A program made the position numbers and the translations under genes. The notes under the pieces were generated by a model that searched no databases, was not told the origin of the DNA, and saw nothing but the letters and a program-made list of their open reading frames with translations. A stretch of DNA of 62,837 nt, filler included, from Choristocarpus tenellus KU-1152 (taxonomy: Eukaryota; Protista; Phaeophyceae), in the NCBI GenBank assembly GCA_964200185.2. It is 11 parts of 11 records of this genome, joined end to end, with 100 filler letters (N's around TTAATTAATTAA, not from the genome) between each part and the next. Parts side by side here need not be neighbours in the genome. Positions count along the whole stretch, not along the records: positions 48,982 to 54,747 come from CAXNAD020009804.1; positions 54,848 to 60,189 come from CAXNAD020011090.1; positions 60,290 to 62,837 come from CAXNAD020026871.1; 8 more parts are not named here. One strand, given 5' to 3'. Within the stretch, counting starts at the first letter, position 1. The number at the start of each line of letters is the position of its first letter. Positions 53,001 to 62,837 of this stretch are shown here, piece by piece.

Positions 53001-53451
53001 TAGACAGAAACAATCAACTCTTGCCTGTACAGGAGGAATTAGTGGGACGAAACGGTGAGTGATCAGAATATCGTGCTTTCGACCGCTTTCGATATCTTCC
53101 ACAACATTTTTTTCGCCTTCGGCGCCAATGTCCACTACGTTCGGATTCCGTTGCATGGGTGCGAAGGTGCCAGAGGGAGACACGCTTCGGTGACCTGGTT
53201 TGAGGAGTGGCGTTCTGGCTGGCTCGTCATTCCCACTCTTCGCCAGATTGCCAACACTTTGAGACCTGCTCACAATCAAGAAGTGAGGTGTGCACCAGGT
53301 GGGGCATGTCAGGGAGGGGAAACTAGCAATTCGTTGGACGTAACTGTAATGAACTCAAAAGGGTGGGGCATGGGAAGTATTGTCGATAATTGCCACCCCA
53401 ATTCAGGATTATGTCGGAAGAAAGCACAAACCTCGAAAAACTCGCCAACAT
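50051..53451 (-). CDS. GAF-domain + HPP-family membrane protein, complete 8-exon gene, 558 aa. Exons: 53432-53451, 53025-53265, 52386-52666, 51938-52246, 51329-51719, 51205-51250, 50619-50893, 50051-50164
   Basis: Manual splicing gives 1677 nt, all phases consistent, no internal stop (MLASFSR...YPEYWWE*). HPP hallmarks: GSFGALATLLYALPAAPLAQPR, VIHPPAGA, LNHLSSKRSYPEYW. GAF-like segment: MLETVC..YGE, GLPGITW, R..A..F.TALTIP, GVLVVY. Introns 2 and 3 use AG|GCAAGA donors. Confidence 0.88.
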
Positions 53452-53642
53452 GATCGTCAAATTGATGAAGGTGGGAGGTGAAAGGGGAGGGGGTTGCTAA
53501 GGCTACATCGCCAGATGTCTGTACAACTCTTACCATATAATGACAGGTCACAATAAGTAGGCTATAGAAGATGACGTCATTGTAAACAGGTTTTTTTTAC
53601 TCATCTACAATGACATAACACATGTGATGTTGACAGTGGCGT

Positions 53643-53876
53643 CCTGATCGGTAATCACCATATCAAATTAAAGATGAGACCAAATACTGTCGATTAGCCC
53701 AAAGAAATCTGGTCGCAAATTACTTTGTGTTGAGTTAGGAAAGGTCGAAATGGTTGAATTTAAAAAAAATGGAAATAAGTGAAAATCTTATCAAGTTTTT
53801 TTTCGAACTGATTTCTTTGCGCCAATCGATTGCTTATGATCTCAGCTTTAATTTGATGTGCTAATCGCCAATCAGG
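53643..53876. mobile_element. Foldback element with ~75-bp imperfect inverted arms, upstream of the GAF-HPP gene
   Basis: cctgatcggtaatcaccatatcaaattaaagatgag pairs with ctcagctttaatttgatgtgctaatcgccaatcagg. Confidence 0.7.
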
Positions 53877-53927
53877 TCCTTTTACATCACCTCGAAATTA
53901 ATCAAGACCTGTGATGCTATCATAAAG

Positions 53928-54350
53928 GTGAGTGTTAACAACATACTGTACGAGCCTTTCGGGCCTTCACCTTCACACGCAACTCTCTACGACATAGATT
54001 GTCAACGCAGAACTCGACACAATGGCTGCGCCCCTCTATCGAAGCACATGCTGGATATCGTGGTGCGGTCTCTACCTCCGGGCTTCAAGTTTTACAGAAG
54101 TCGAAAGCTGAGGTTGGGCAAAGCATACGCGCTAGTGATTGCCTTGTGTCGAGAGGGGGGCTCGCGCTTGATCGAGTGGACCAGTCAATCACTGCGAAAC
54201 AAGAAATCAAAGAGGGGTCGCGACTACGACGGAGAGCGCATATTCTTGACCAAGCTCGATGATGAGGGCTGGCTGGCTGGCTTCCATTGGAACTCGCGCC
54301 ATACCAACCAGTTCATAAAAACCAACCACACCCATAAGATCCGGATTTGA
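53928..54350 (+). CDS. Hypothetical small basic protein (ORF or exon) divergent from the GAF-HPP gene
   Basis: 140-codon open frame in CpG-rich sequence, preceded by a gtgagt...ag intron-like stretch; no recognisable family. Confidence 0.3.
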   Translation: MSVNNILYEPFGPSPSHATLYDIDCQRRTRHNGCAPLSKHMLDIVVRSLPPGFKFYRSRKLRLGKAYALVIALCREGGSRLIEWTSQSLRNKKSKRGRDYDGERIFLTKLDDEGWLAGFHWNSRHTNQFIKTNHTHKIRI

Positions 54351-54675
54351 TCAAAGAGCCTAAAGAACCGTCAGAATGAAGATCCGTTCTGATTCTGACC
54401 GATTCATTTCTCTGCTGTGAAGTTGCTCAGTCATTCTGGAACATCTGTTGTGTTTTCAGGTTTTTGTTTTGTCTGGATTTCCTCAACTGACTTTGAGATG
54501 TTGGACCAAGACCTGTAAAACTCGGTCTCACCCTCTGAGTGAGGTGGAAGTGTGCAGTCTGGTGATTGTGACTGCCCCCGTGCGGAGAGAGCTTTGGCGC
54601 CTTGACACTTCCACATAGTGCTAATAATATTAATGATAACTTTGATAATACTTATAGAAATGATATTATGAATCA

Positions 54676-54747
54676 GACCGAAAGTATCTGGGAGGGGGGG
54701 GGGGGGGGGGGGACACCAAAGGGCCCATTTGGGCAAAACCAGGAAAA
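54676..54747. mobile_element. MITE family A, cut by contig end
   Basis: gaccgaaagtatctgggagggg...ccatttgggcaaaaccaggaaaa. Confidence 0.75.
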
Positions 54748-54847
54748 NNNNNNNNNNNNNNNNNNNNNNNNNNNNNNNNNNNNNNNNNNNNTTAATTAAT
54801 TAANNNNNNNNNNNNNNNNNNNNNNNNNNNNNNNNNNNNNNNNNNNN
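54748..54847. other. Artificial contig spacer
   Basis: Same 100-nt spacer. Confidence 0.95.
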
Positions 54848-54868
54848 CCCCCCCAGATACTTTGGGTC
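54848..54868. mobile_element. MITE family A terminus at contig start
   Basis: ccccagatactttgggtc. Confidence 0.6.
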
Positions 54869-55001
54869 TATACTTTAATTTTAATGGTTGGAGAACAGAT
54901 ATCCCTCCAAAGTATGTCATCACACAGTGTGAACCCGCAAATAATTGCAAGGGAGCACCATCTTGTTATCGACTGATCTACGATGATCGTGCACAATATT
55001 A

Positions 55002-55482
55002 TTGTTACAGGCGAATAGCGTAAGCATTTCTTTCTGCGTGTGCCAAAATGCGCGAACAGTATACATACGTTAAAATTAATGTAAGAGGAACTTTGAATTG
55101 ATAGAAGATGCAGAGTAAGATTTGAAATGCATATATAATCTTACAGAATAGATGTCAATTCCTGAAAGTTGCAGAATCAAGGTTGATGATTGAATTATAT
55201 ACATAGCAGTTTGCAGACTTCATTTAACTCTTTGACTGTAGAAAAATGGTGAATGATGATAATAAGAGGCTGAGTCTGATGACCACACACTCAGTTCTTT
55301 GATTCTTACCTCTTTTGATAAAGCGAAAAGCGAGATATTGACTGAGCTAAATATCAACTGACACCGTACGTGGTTATCATCTGTGGACCCCCGCATAGCG
55401 ACGTTTTAATGTCGTTGGATTTGAGTTGCATATCCTGTGAAGGTGAGTTCTGAGGGGCACGCTGTAACATGGAGGTCCTACC
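55002..55482 (+). mobile_element. KDZ-like transposase fragment
   Basis: Homologous to 11206-11622 (inverted); shares gctgtaacatggaggtcctacc with the 3' end of the 920-1257 copy; encodes GFELHI| vs GLELHI|. Confidence 0.55.
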
Positions 55483-56719
55483 GAGACTTCCACCCTGTAA
55501 CACGATGGCATGATTCTGCACAACACTCTCCATGGACTTACATATTTTGTTTGTGTGACATCGTACTACATGGTCATACTGCCCAAGGTGTTCTGATCCC
55601 TTAACATCATGTTGTGCTGTAACATTACATTCCAAATTAATGCTGCTGCAGGTTATATTCTGTGTGTGGACTGTTTACAATCAACAGGTAATGGACCTTT
55701 TCCAGTAGTATCATTGTCATACCAAGTGGAATGATCGACTTTCAGAATATAAAAATCATCACAGCTATTGGGAGGGTTCAAGGGGTGTTTTGGGGTGTTA
55801 CCGCAAAACACTTCTGACCGCACCTCACCCCTCCAATCACATTTCCTCCATCTGTATCAAGCACTCCTCTCTGACTTTCGCAGGATACATAGTGATATTT
55901 TAAGTAGTTCACCAATCACACACGCCCCGGTAAAGGTGCCTTGTTCCGAGTTAACTGTTCCGCAGTTGATTCACATTCTGATGAGAGAGAGTACTTTGTC
56001 GTATCTTAAAATAAGAATGCAGCAGACACGGCTTTGAGCCTGAAGACAGAGTTGAGGGAGTAAAGGAGAACACTACCCACCTGGGCTTGCATTTTAGAGG
56101 GTTCATCTTGGACTCTACAATGCCTCATGCTGGTGAAGCCCAACCTTTTTGGTAGTACATTATAGAGAACTAACAAGTCAGATTACATGACCAGGCGCTT
56201 CTTGTTCTACTCTCTAAGATAGTTGACCAAATAGGAGTAGAAGGCTGGCATTTTCAACGAGGAAAGAGATCAGGAACGAAACTCGTCCACTGTATGCAAC
56301 GATCCACCTGGAGAAGAAATGGTGTCATGGGATGATATAGAGGAGCGGATTCTTGATAACTTGATTTTAGAGTTTCTAAATAGGAATGTTCGATATAACC
56401 ACTACTCTAATAAAAAAACTGCTGCAGATGCGAGGGTGCTGTTCACTATATCTAACTCACACAACACGCAAGTCTCAAAAGAACCTTGGAGCAAGTTTGA
56501 GAGCCAAGGAATACGGAACAGCAATACCGACCATCCAAAGGCAGAGACGGCCCGCCAAGACTCACGCATCTTCACTGTGACATGTTAGACAGCATTATCT
56601 CTGCCTTACTGACCATGAACCGATCCACTTTGAAAGAGCACATCAATAGGCAGCTAACCCTTTTGCCTCCGACGAACGTGCAACTTTCACCAACTAAATT
56701 GGCCCAGTTCCTGGTGAGT

Positions 56720-56899
56720 GGCTCAAATTATCTGGGAGGGGGTGGTGGCTGTCTATTTGGGGTCAATATTTTCATGTCGTGATTTTTGGGTGATTTGGTT
56801 GCATACATCGATTGGTTACTGTAAATGCACTTTTCCTGATTTCGCCCCAAATGAACACCCTGGTGTAGACCCACCCACCCCTCCCAGATACTTTGGGTC
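56720..56899. mobile_element. MITE family A, full copy (180 bp), TSD AGT
   Basis: TIRs ggctcaaa(t)tatctgggaggggg / cccctcccagatactttgggtc; AGT on both sides. Confidence 0.85.
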
Positions 56900-57679
56900 A
56901 GTATGAGGTGTCTTTCACACCAAAGATCAACCTTTCTCCATATACACCTCTTTCCTGTATCCTGTCAGCTTCTCGCTTTCCATTGTTTGTAGGCGCAAAG
57001 TAATCAGGATTCCAATCTGCCCCATTAAGACACTGTGTAAGAAGCAGGTTAATAGTTGAAGGGAAAAAAAGGCTTTCACCCACCATGCGTGCATTAGAGA
57101 GTGTTCTGGATACTTACTAGACCAATGCAGATTTGGGCATGGTGATTGTGTGGTCCCAATGGGGTACTTCTCGCAATCCACAAGACCAGGTTCTGAACCT
57201 GTACCAGCAAATATGGCAGAGGATCCTCATACGATACCCAACTCGATTACTTCATGGTGATGCAAGACGTGGGACTTTCGTCCCCTTACATGTAGAAGCC
57301 TCATCCGATGAGGATTGGTCTCAGTCGATCTGAAGATGCATCCTGGAGTGTACTACTTCCAGAGAACAGTATCACTACTAAGGTATGTGGTAGAAGCCCT
57401 ATTATAACAAAGAAGAGGTTCAACACAAAAAATAAAATCCAAGAGGTAGCAACACTCCACCAATGCAGATATTGGGATCATACACATTGACCTTAAGTGT
57501 TTCATCTGAAGGACGAAGTGGGAAATGTGGTGTTTCGGGTTAAAGTATCTCGGCGGGGGACGCGGTAAGTGCTGCCAGAGGGGTCCAGTGGGAGGGCGCC
57601 AGCTACACCTGTGTACTGTGTGGTGGTTAAAACACTTGTAATATGCCAGAAGGTAGTACACAAACAGGTTTACCAGTAG

Positions 57680-58099
57680 GAATCAAAGCATCTTAGAGGG
57701 TAGAGCCGTGTCCGTTTGAGGGGAAAAATACAATGTTCCGATTTTGATGTAATTTTGGGTATCATGTTTGACCCAAAGTATCTGGGGGGGGGGTCTACAC
57801 CAGGATGTCCATTTGGTCCAAAATCGAGAAAGTGCATTTACATTATCCATCCGACGTATGCAACCAAATCACACAAAAATCGCGATATTAAAAAAATTGA
57901 CCCCAAATGGACAGCCGCCACCCCCTCCCAGATACTTTGACCCTTTGTTAGGAAGCATCAATATCCTTGTTCCGGACACACCTTTTGATAATGTATATAT
58001 TTGACCTAGGAGTAGGAAAATGTAATAGAAAACCCGTGGGAAGTCAAGCCCCAAACGGAAAACAGGGCAAAACCCCTACCCTCTAAGATACTTTAACTC
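57680..58099. mobile_element. MITE family B carrying a nested MITE A
   Basis: Both TIRs present; interior colinear with the 10330 copy apart from the insertion. Confidence 0.85.
57770..57943. mobile_element. MITE family A, full copy (174 bp), nested in MITE B, TSD TTT
   Basis: TIRs present; the equivalent empty site is visible in the MITE B copy at 10330. Confidence 0.88.
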
Positions 58100-58141
58100 C
58101 TTTGATAAAACCTGAGCAAACTGCGCCCTTCCTGTCAAGAC

Positions 58142-58700
58142 TCAAACGATAGTGTGCTTTACCAGTCCTAACCCGAAATCTTCATGGTATATGCCAGCAC
58201 AAAACTCTGTAGGGATGTAACAAGTTGATTGATTTGGGCTGAGTCCTGCACCATCAAAGATTATTGCAGTGGTTAAGGTATTTTCTGGATCCACTGTTGA
58301 GAGGTCAAGAGGTTTCTTGAGTATGACAGGGTACATGAGATAGTTTGTACACAGTTTTGGCCCAGTTGTTGTTCCTGTTGCTGATGTTTTCCAACATAAG
58401 ACGTATACATCCATAAAAGAGAAAAAAATAACCATTGGGGGTCAGAACTGCCAGGATTGTTGACGAGCTTGAAACAATCTCGCGATCCCCACACATATGA
58501 GTTCCCCGATTGCAATAAGCTTTTCCCGCTTCATAAAGACACGAGTGCTCAGGGGGCTGGGGCTACACTAACCAGATACAGGATGACAAACACGAACATG
58601 TTGTTGCATATTCCAGCCAACGGTGCCCCATGTGACAAAGACCATATCCAAAAGTTACTTCCTGAGTTGAGCAGTCTTCATGCACAGAACAGTCAAACAA
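58142..58700 (-). mobile_element. Possible LINE reverse-transcriptase C-terminal remnant
   Basis: LSTVD...GAGLS...P...IYHEDFGLGL resembles the GGLGL motif region; many disruptions. Confidence 0.35.
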
Positions 58701-58716
58701 TCCCAGCTCTACCACT

Positions 58717-58898
58717 GACCCAAAGTATCTAGGGGAGGGGGGGGGTCTACACCATGGTGTCCATTTGGCTCGAAATAAGGAAAAGTGCAATATTTACATT
58801 ATCCATCCGACGTATGGAACCAAATCACCCAAAAATCGCGACATGAAAAAATTGTCCCCAAATGGACAGCCGCCACCCCCCCTCAGATACGTTGAGAC
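58717..58898. mobile_element. MITE family A, full copy (182 bp), TSD ACT
   Basis: gacccaaagtatct...agatacgttgagac; ACT on both sides. Confidence 0.85.
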
Positions 58899-59309
58899 AC
58901 TAGAGGATAGTCTTCTCCCAGTAGGTACGAAGAAGAGAGTACACCAACTTCCTCACCTTCCATCAAACTGTAATACAATAGATATAGTGCCTTTCTTGAG
59001 CTATCGGCCCCTCCTAAAACAGTCCATCAACGTGAAAACCAAAAACCAGTGGATGTTTTCCGTTATATATTTCACCCAAAGAGGGCTCAGTAAGGAGAGG
59101 GGGGCCAAGATGGAGACACATCCCAACAAATATTGACGACGCGGGGGAGGATCAGTGAAAAGAAGGTCAGGGGAGAAAGGTTCTAGAACGGAGGGGGTGA
59201 TGTTTATTTGAGAGGGCCAGACCTTGAAGATGGTAGTTAAAACCCTTTCAGAAACTGTTGCAGTTGGTCAGTAGGTGGAAGAGATATCCCAATTCGGCCG
59301 GCATCAGAA

Positions 59310-59560
59310 GTGTCCTTATGTGACAATAATGAAAGACTTGAAAAGATCAAAAGAAGGGAGTATACATGTAGAATGTTGCTCATTGATGATAACGACTTGC
59401 TTTGGTACACTCATAAAGATCACACACTTCTAAATTTTCAATATTATCTTATTTTAGTTGCTGGCATTATTGCACGTGCCTATCCAAAGCATGGACAACA
59501 GGGTGTTGGCGGACAATGGTATCTGTGCAGGGCAGGACGTTTGGAAGCTGTACCTCACTG
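59310..59560 (+). mobile_element. Gypsy integrase N-terminal fragment, decayed
   Basis: LLIDDNDLLWY...LVAGIIARAYPKHGQQGV resembles the pre-H2C2/HxxxGHxG region. Confidence 0.5.
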
Positions 59561-59727
59561 TTGCTTGGCCTGGTGGACGTAGCACTCACTCCCCCAAGCT
59601 TGCAGTCCATCGTAGTTGAATGCCTAACCGGTTAAACGCTCACACGGTGTTTCCTCTCCGAGATACTCATACAACATCCCTCCTTATTTGAACGTCACGT
59701 TTGTGAGTGCAAAGAAACAGTACTTGC

Positions 59728-59987
59728 GAGTGAAAGTATCTTAGAGGGTACGATTTTCGCCCTTATTGTTCGTTTGGGGCTTGGCTTCCCACGGGTTTTC
59801 TGAAGATATTTTCCGACTCAGAAATGTTTTGGAGTAGGGAAAGTGTATACGTTATGAAAAGGTGTATCCGGAACAAGGATATTGACACTTCCTAACAAAC
59901 ACGATAGCCAAAATTACATCAAAATTACAACATTGGATTTTGGGTCCCAAACAGACACAGCTCTACTCTCTAAAGATACTTCGACTC
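59728..59987. mobile_element. MITE family B, full copy (260 bp)
   Basis: Both TIRs present; flanks TTGC/TTGT. Confidence 0.85.
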
Positions 59988-60094
59988 TTGTCGTCCAGGT
60001 CGGCGTTCACCAGCAGGCTCTTCCTGGACTCCGTGAGCTGTCTGATACAATATTCTGCGATCCTATTATTTTGAGGTGTGGGTAGATGCGACTT

Positions 60095-60189
60095 GACACA
60101 AAGAATCTGGTGGGGGGGGGGGGTCTACACCAGAGTGTCCATTTGGACAAAACCAGGAAAAGTGAACTTTCATGATCCATCCAACGTAT
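60095..60189. mobile_element. MITE family A, cut by contig end
   Basis: gacacaaagaatctgg...gtctacaccagagtgtccatttgg. Confidence 0.75.
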
Positions 60190-60289
60190 NNNNNNNNNNN
60201 NNNNNNNNNNNNNNNNNNNNNNNNNNNNNNNNNTTAATTAATTAANNNNNNNNNNNNNNNNNNNNNNNNNNNNNNNNNNNNNNNNNNNN
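60190..60289. other. Artificial contig spacer
   Basis: Same 100-nt spacer. Confidence 0.95.
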
Positions 60290-62837
60290 ACAACCATCCT
60301 CATAGTCCCGCTCCATCCTCAATTTTGAGAATCTGCTGTTAGTAGCGCGTATTTTCCTTGTGTAATACGCGTTGTGTTTGTGACCTTGATTATGCCCAGT
60401 CAATCTATCACGCGAAGGCGATAATTCGCTGGTAGGGATCTTAATATTTACTTTGCAATATACCCTCCCTCCGCCCTTCCACCCCACCACAACGATCTTG
60501 GACAGACATGTTAAGGGAATTCCTTCATTGGACTTTGTTGAATGTAGTTTCCGCAATCACTAATACTTACTACGTACTACAATCGCTTGTTTTAATGTGG
60601 TTATTTACATTTTGAAGTTATTCATATTTGTTAGTTGGAGTGGACATGTAGTATAATGGAGGATATTATTGTTTTTTTTATGGTTGTATCATACGGTACT
60701 CGCGATGCGCACGGAGTTGTCCCCTTGACCTCCCACTCACCACAATCTCCTGTACTGTGTGTAGAAGGGCGGTTTTGCAGAGGAGAGAAATCACTGACTT
60801 TCTTCTCGTATCTCAGATAAGGAAAGACTGAAGGTGATTGTGAGGAGAAGGGAGGATGAGGCCTAAAACTAAGAAGTACAAGTAGCACTGGGTGCATCAA
60901 GTGGGAGGATGTGGTTGGCAAGTAGATGTCGACGCGATTTTGGGGCGGATGTGGGGCTAACTTGGGCGTATGCCCACGAAAGCATCTGCGTTGTGACATT
61001 TTCTCCTAGTAGATATTGTCAGGTCCTTGTTATTGCAATGCTTTTCCTTGTAGTCATTGGACCAGGTCATCTGTGCCTCTCATCCTTTTCCCTTTCCCTA
61101 GTCTTCGACAGGCGCTTTCTTGCCACCACCACAACTTCATTCCCTCGATGTAGTGAGTCATCATTTCTCATTGCAAAGTTAATCTTTTCATTCGTATTGC
61201 TTTCTGAGTACGGTCGATGTGGAGATTCCGCGATTCGAAGCACCGCACCACCTTCATCAATCTCCACACCATGACACCATGGTGTGTTCAATTCTTGTCG
61301 TCTTGCCATTGATTTCCCCAATAGTCTGTACAACTTCAACCTTTGAAACGACTCTTGTTTTGTCGGTTAAATTGAAAGCAAAGAGAAGGCATGAGGAAGG
61401 TTACCGCCCCTCTCCACAACCTGGAGCTCGTCCAGGTTACTGTTTTCTGACTGATTGAATCATTTGGTGACAGACTGTTACACCTATCGCTGGTGCAAAT
61501 GTTGGCAATCGCGCTTTGCGCACACAAATTCGTGATTGTATGCTTTGTAGTTTCTTGTGTATTTCACCTTTGCTTGTGCTTCGAGTCTTGATGTAGGATT
61601 TGGAAGTGTGGTGTTGACCGAGAGGTGTTGACCGAGATAGGGCGAACGTAAAGTTGCATGTAGGTCGTTAGAAAGCCATACGCCTCTATATCAATGAGCT
61701 AAGGCATAGTTCAAATCGCACATTGAACAGGCAGTATTGTTGCACTGCATTCTACGTCTCTGTATCAATGCAATATATACAGGGTAATCGTGATTGTGGA
61801 GCATTGCTGGGTACTGTCGTGCTGAGTTTTTTTGGAGCAGGAGCAAGGCGCCATGGCTTCTCAGGTACTTTGGGGATAGGCCTGATAGTAATATGTATGC
61901 AGTATCACTGCTCAAAGTGTTCTACAACCTCAATCTTGATGTGCCTATTTGTAAATCATGTGACAAGTGCTGGGGTCATATTGTGTCGTGGTGAAATGTT
62001 ATGGACTAATAGCGGGAAGGGGTTGATGCCCTTTCTCCTTGTGATGTATACATCTAGCGATGTCGTGCTTCTTGAAACAAAGGTATTGGTTATAATTCTG
62101 TAGTACTCTTTTTGTGGGGGCGGGGTATGCAATCCGTTTTTCATGTTGAAGCATTTTTCGTAATATGTAATATTTATGTACAGGGGTGATTAATGTCGAT
62201 CGTGAACCGTTTCTTTTTGTCTTTTTTATTGTGCTCCTTTTCGAAGCGAACAATGAGTCAAACGGAACGTGTCGTGACTGCGATGGTGTGTATTTATCTT
62301 TTAATGAAAACGTATTAACGGTTTTAGGCTGCTGTTGTCGAATACGGATGATTTGCACTCAAGTGACAAAGTACAAAGATGAAGCGCATCCTGCATAGTG
62401 TTCTAATAGAATGGTGGTACGGTGAATGGTACAGTGCGCCTAAATTATTCAAAGAATCCAGTGATGGTGTGGTGTTGGGTTTTCTCACACGATTGGCGGT
62501 TAAATTTGTGACTTCATACCACCTTCCTGACCTCCAATCTCTCAAGTCGGTGGAGATGGATGAGCCTTAGGCCTCCCCCATGAAAAGGGCCCTTCATTGG
62601 CTGGTTGTAACGAACTCTTGACGATACAGTGATTTTGAATGAAGCTGACTTTTATGGAATGATAAAACTGACCGTTACGCAATAGGCTGGAAGGGTCTTC
62701 AGCAATCTTCCCAAGGGGGGAGGACCGATTGGGACTTTGATAAATGGAGCGGTGCTGGTTGGAGTGGTCGGGTACGCGGGCTACAACTCCTTCTTTACAG
62801 GTGTGCAAGATAGGGGAGGGGGGGATGGAGAGGGATG

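Noticed and set aside
30393-53451. Functional cluster of POT1, kinase-like and HPP genes
   Set aside because: They lie on different contigs joined artificially.
54023-54112. LYR-motif protein (MAAPLYRS...)
   Set aside because: Requires a frameshift right after LYR and the downstream match is weak.
56720-60189. Clustered AAAGTATCT/AGATACTTT repeats as a CRISPR-like array
   Set aside because: They are inverted termini of dispersed MITEs with conserved interiors and TSDs; no unique spacers and no cas genes.
3765-60245. Recurrent palindrome TTAATTAATTAA
   Set aside because: Always centred in exactly 44+44 Ns; an artificial six-frame-stop linker.
60290-62837. Coding-like fragments, possible LINE (GGGLRL)
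   Set aside because: Too degraded; no ordered motif set recovered.

Overview
Eukaryotic nuclear DNA, most consistent with a stramenopile/brown-alga-like genome (inferred from short spliceosomal introns, scattered CCCTAA motifs and the types of transposon remnants). The window is not one locus: it is 11 small contigs joined by an artificial 100-nt spacer (N44-TTAATTAATTAA-N44), so adjacency across spacers means nothing. Most of it is decayed transposon DNA: two related MITE families sharing an AAAGTATCT terminus, Stowaway-like and foldback elements, an internally deleted pogo element, four fragments of a KDZ (Kyakuja-Dileera-Zisupton)-like transposase, and Gypsy, Copia, LINE, piggyBac, Ulp1 and tyrosine-recombinase-like remnants, plus a mosaic mitochondrial insertion (cox2/nad4/cob). 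Host genes: a complete 8-exon, 558-aa GAF-HPP fusion gene with two GC-AG introns (the best candidate for a novel system, a possible nitrate/nitrite sensor-transporter), a POT1-like gene that looks disrupted, and three exons of a multi-pass membrane protein that may be a histidine kinase. All calls come from manual reading and translation; no searches were run.
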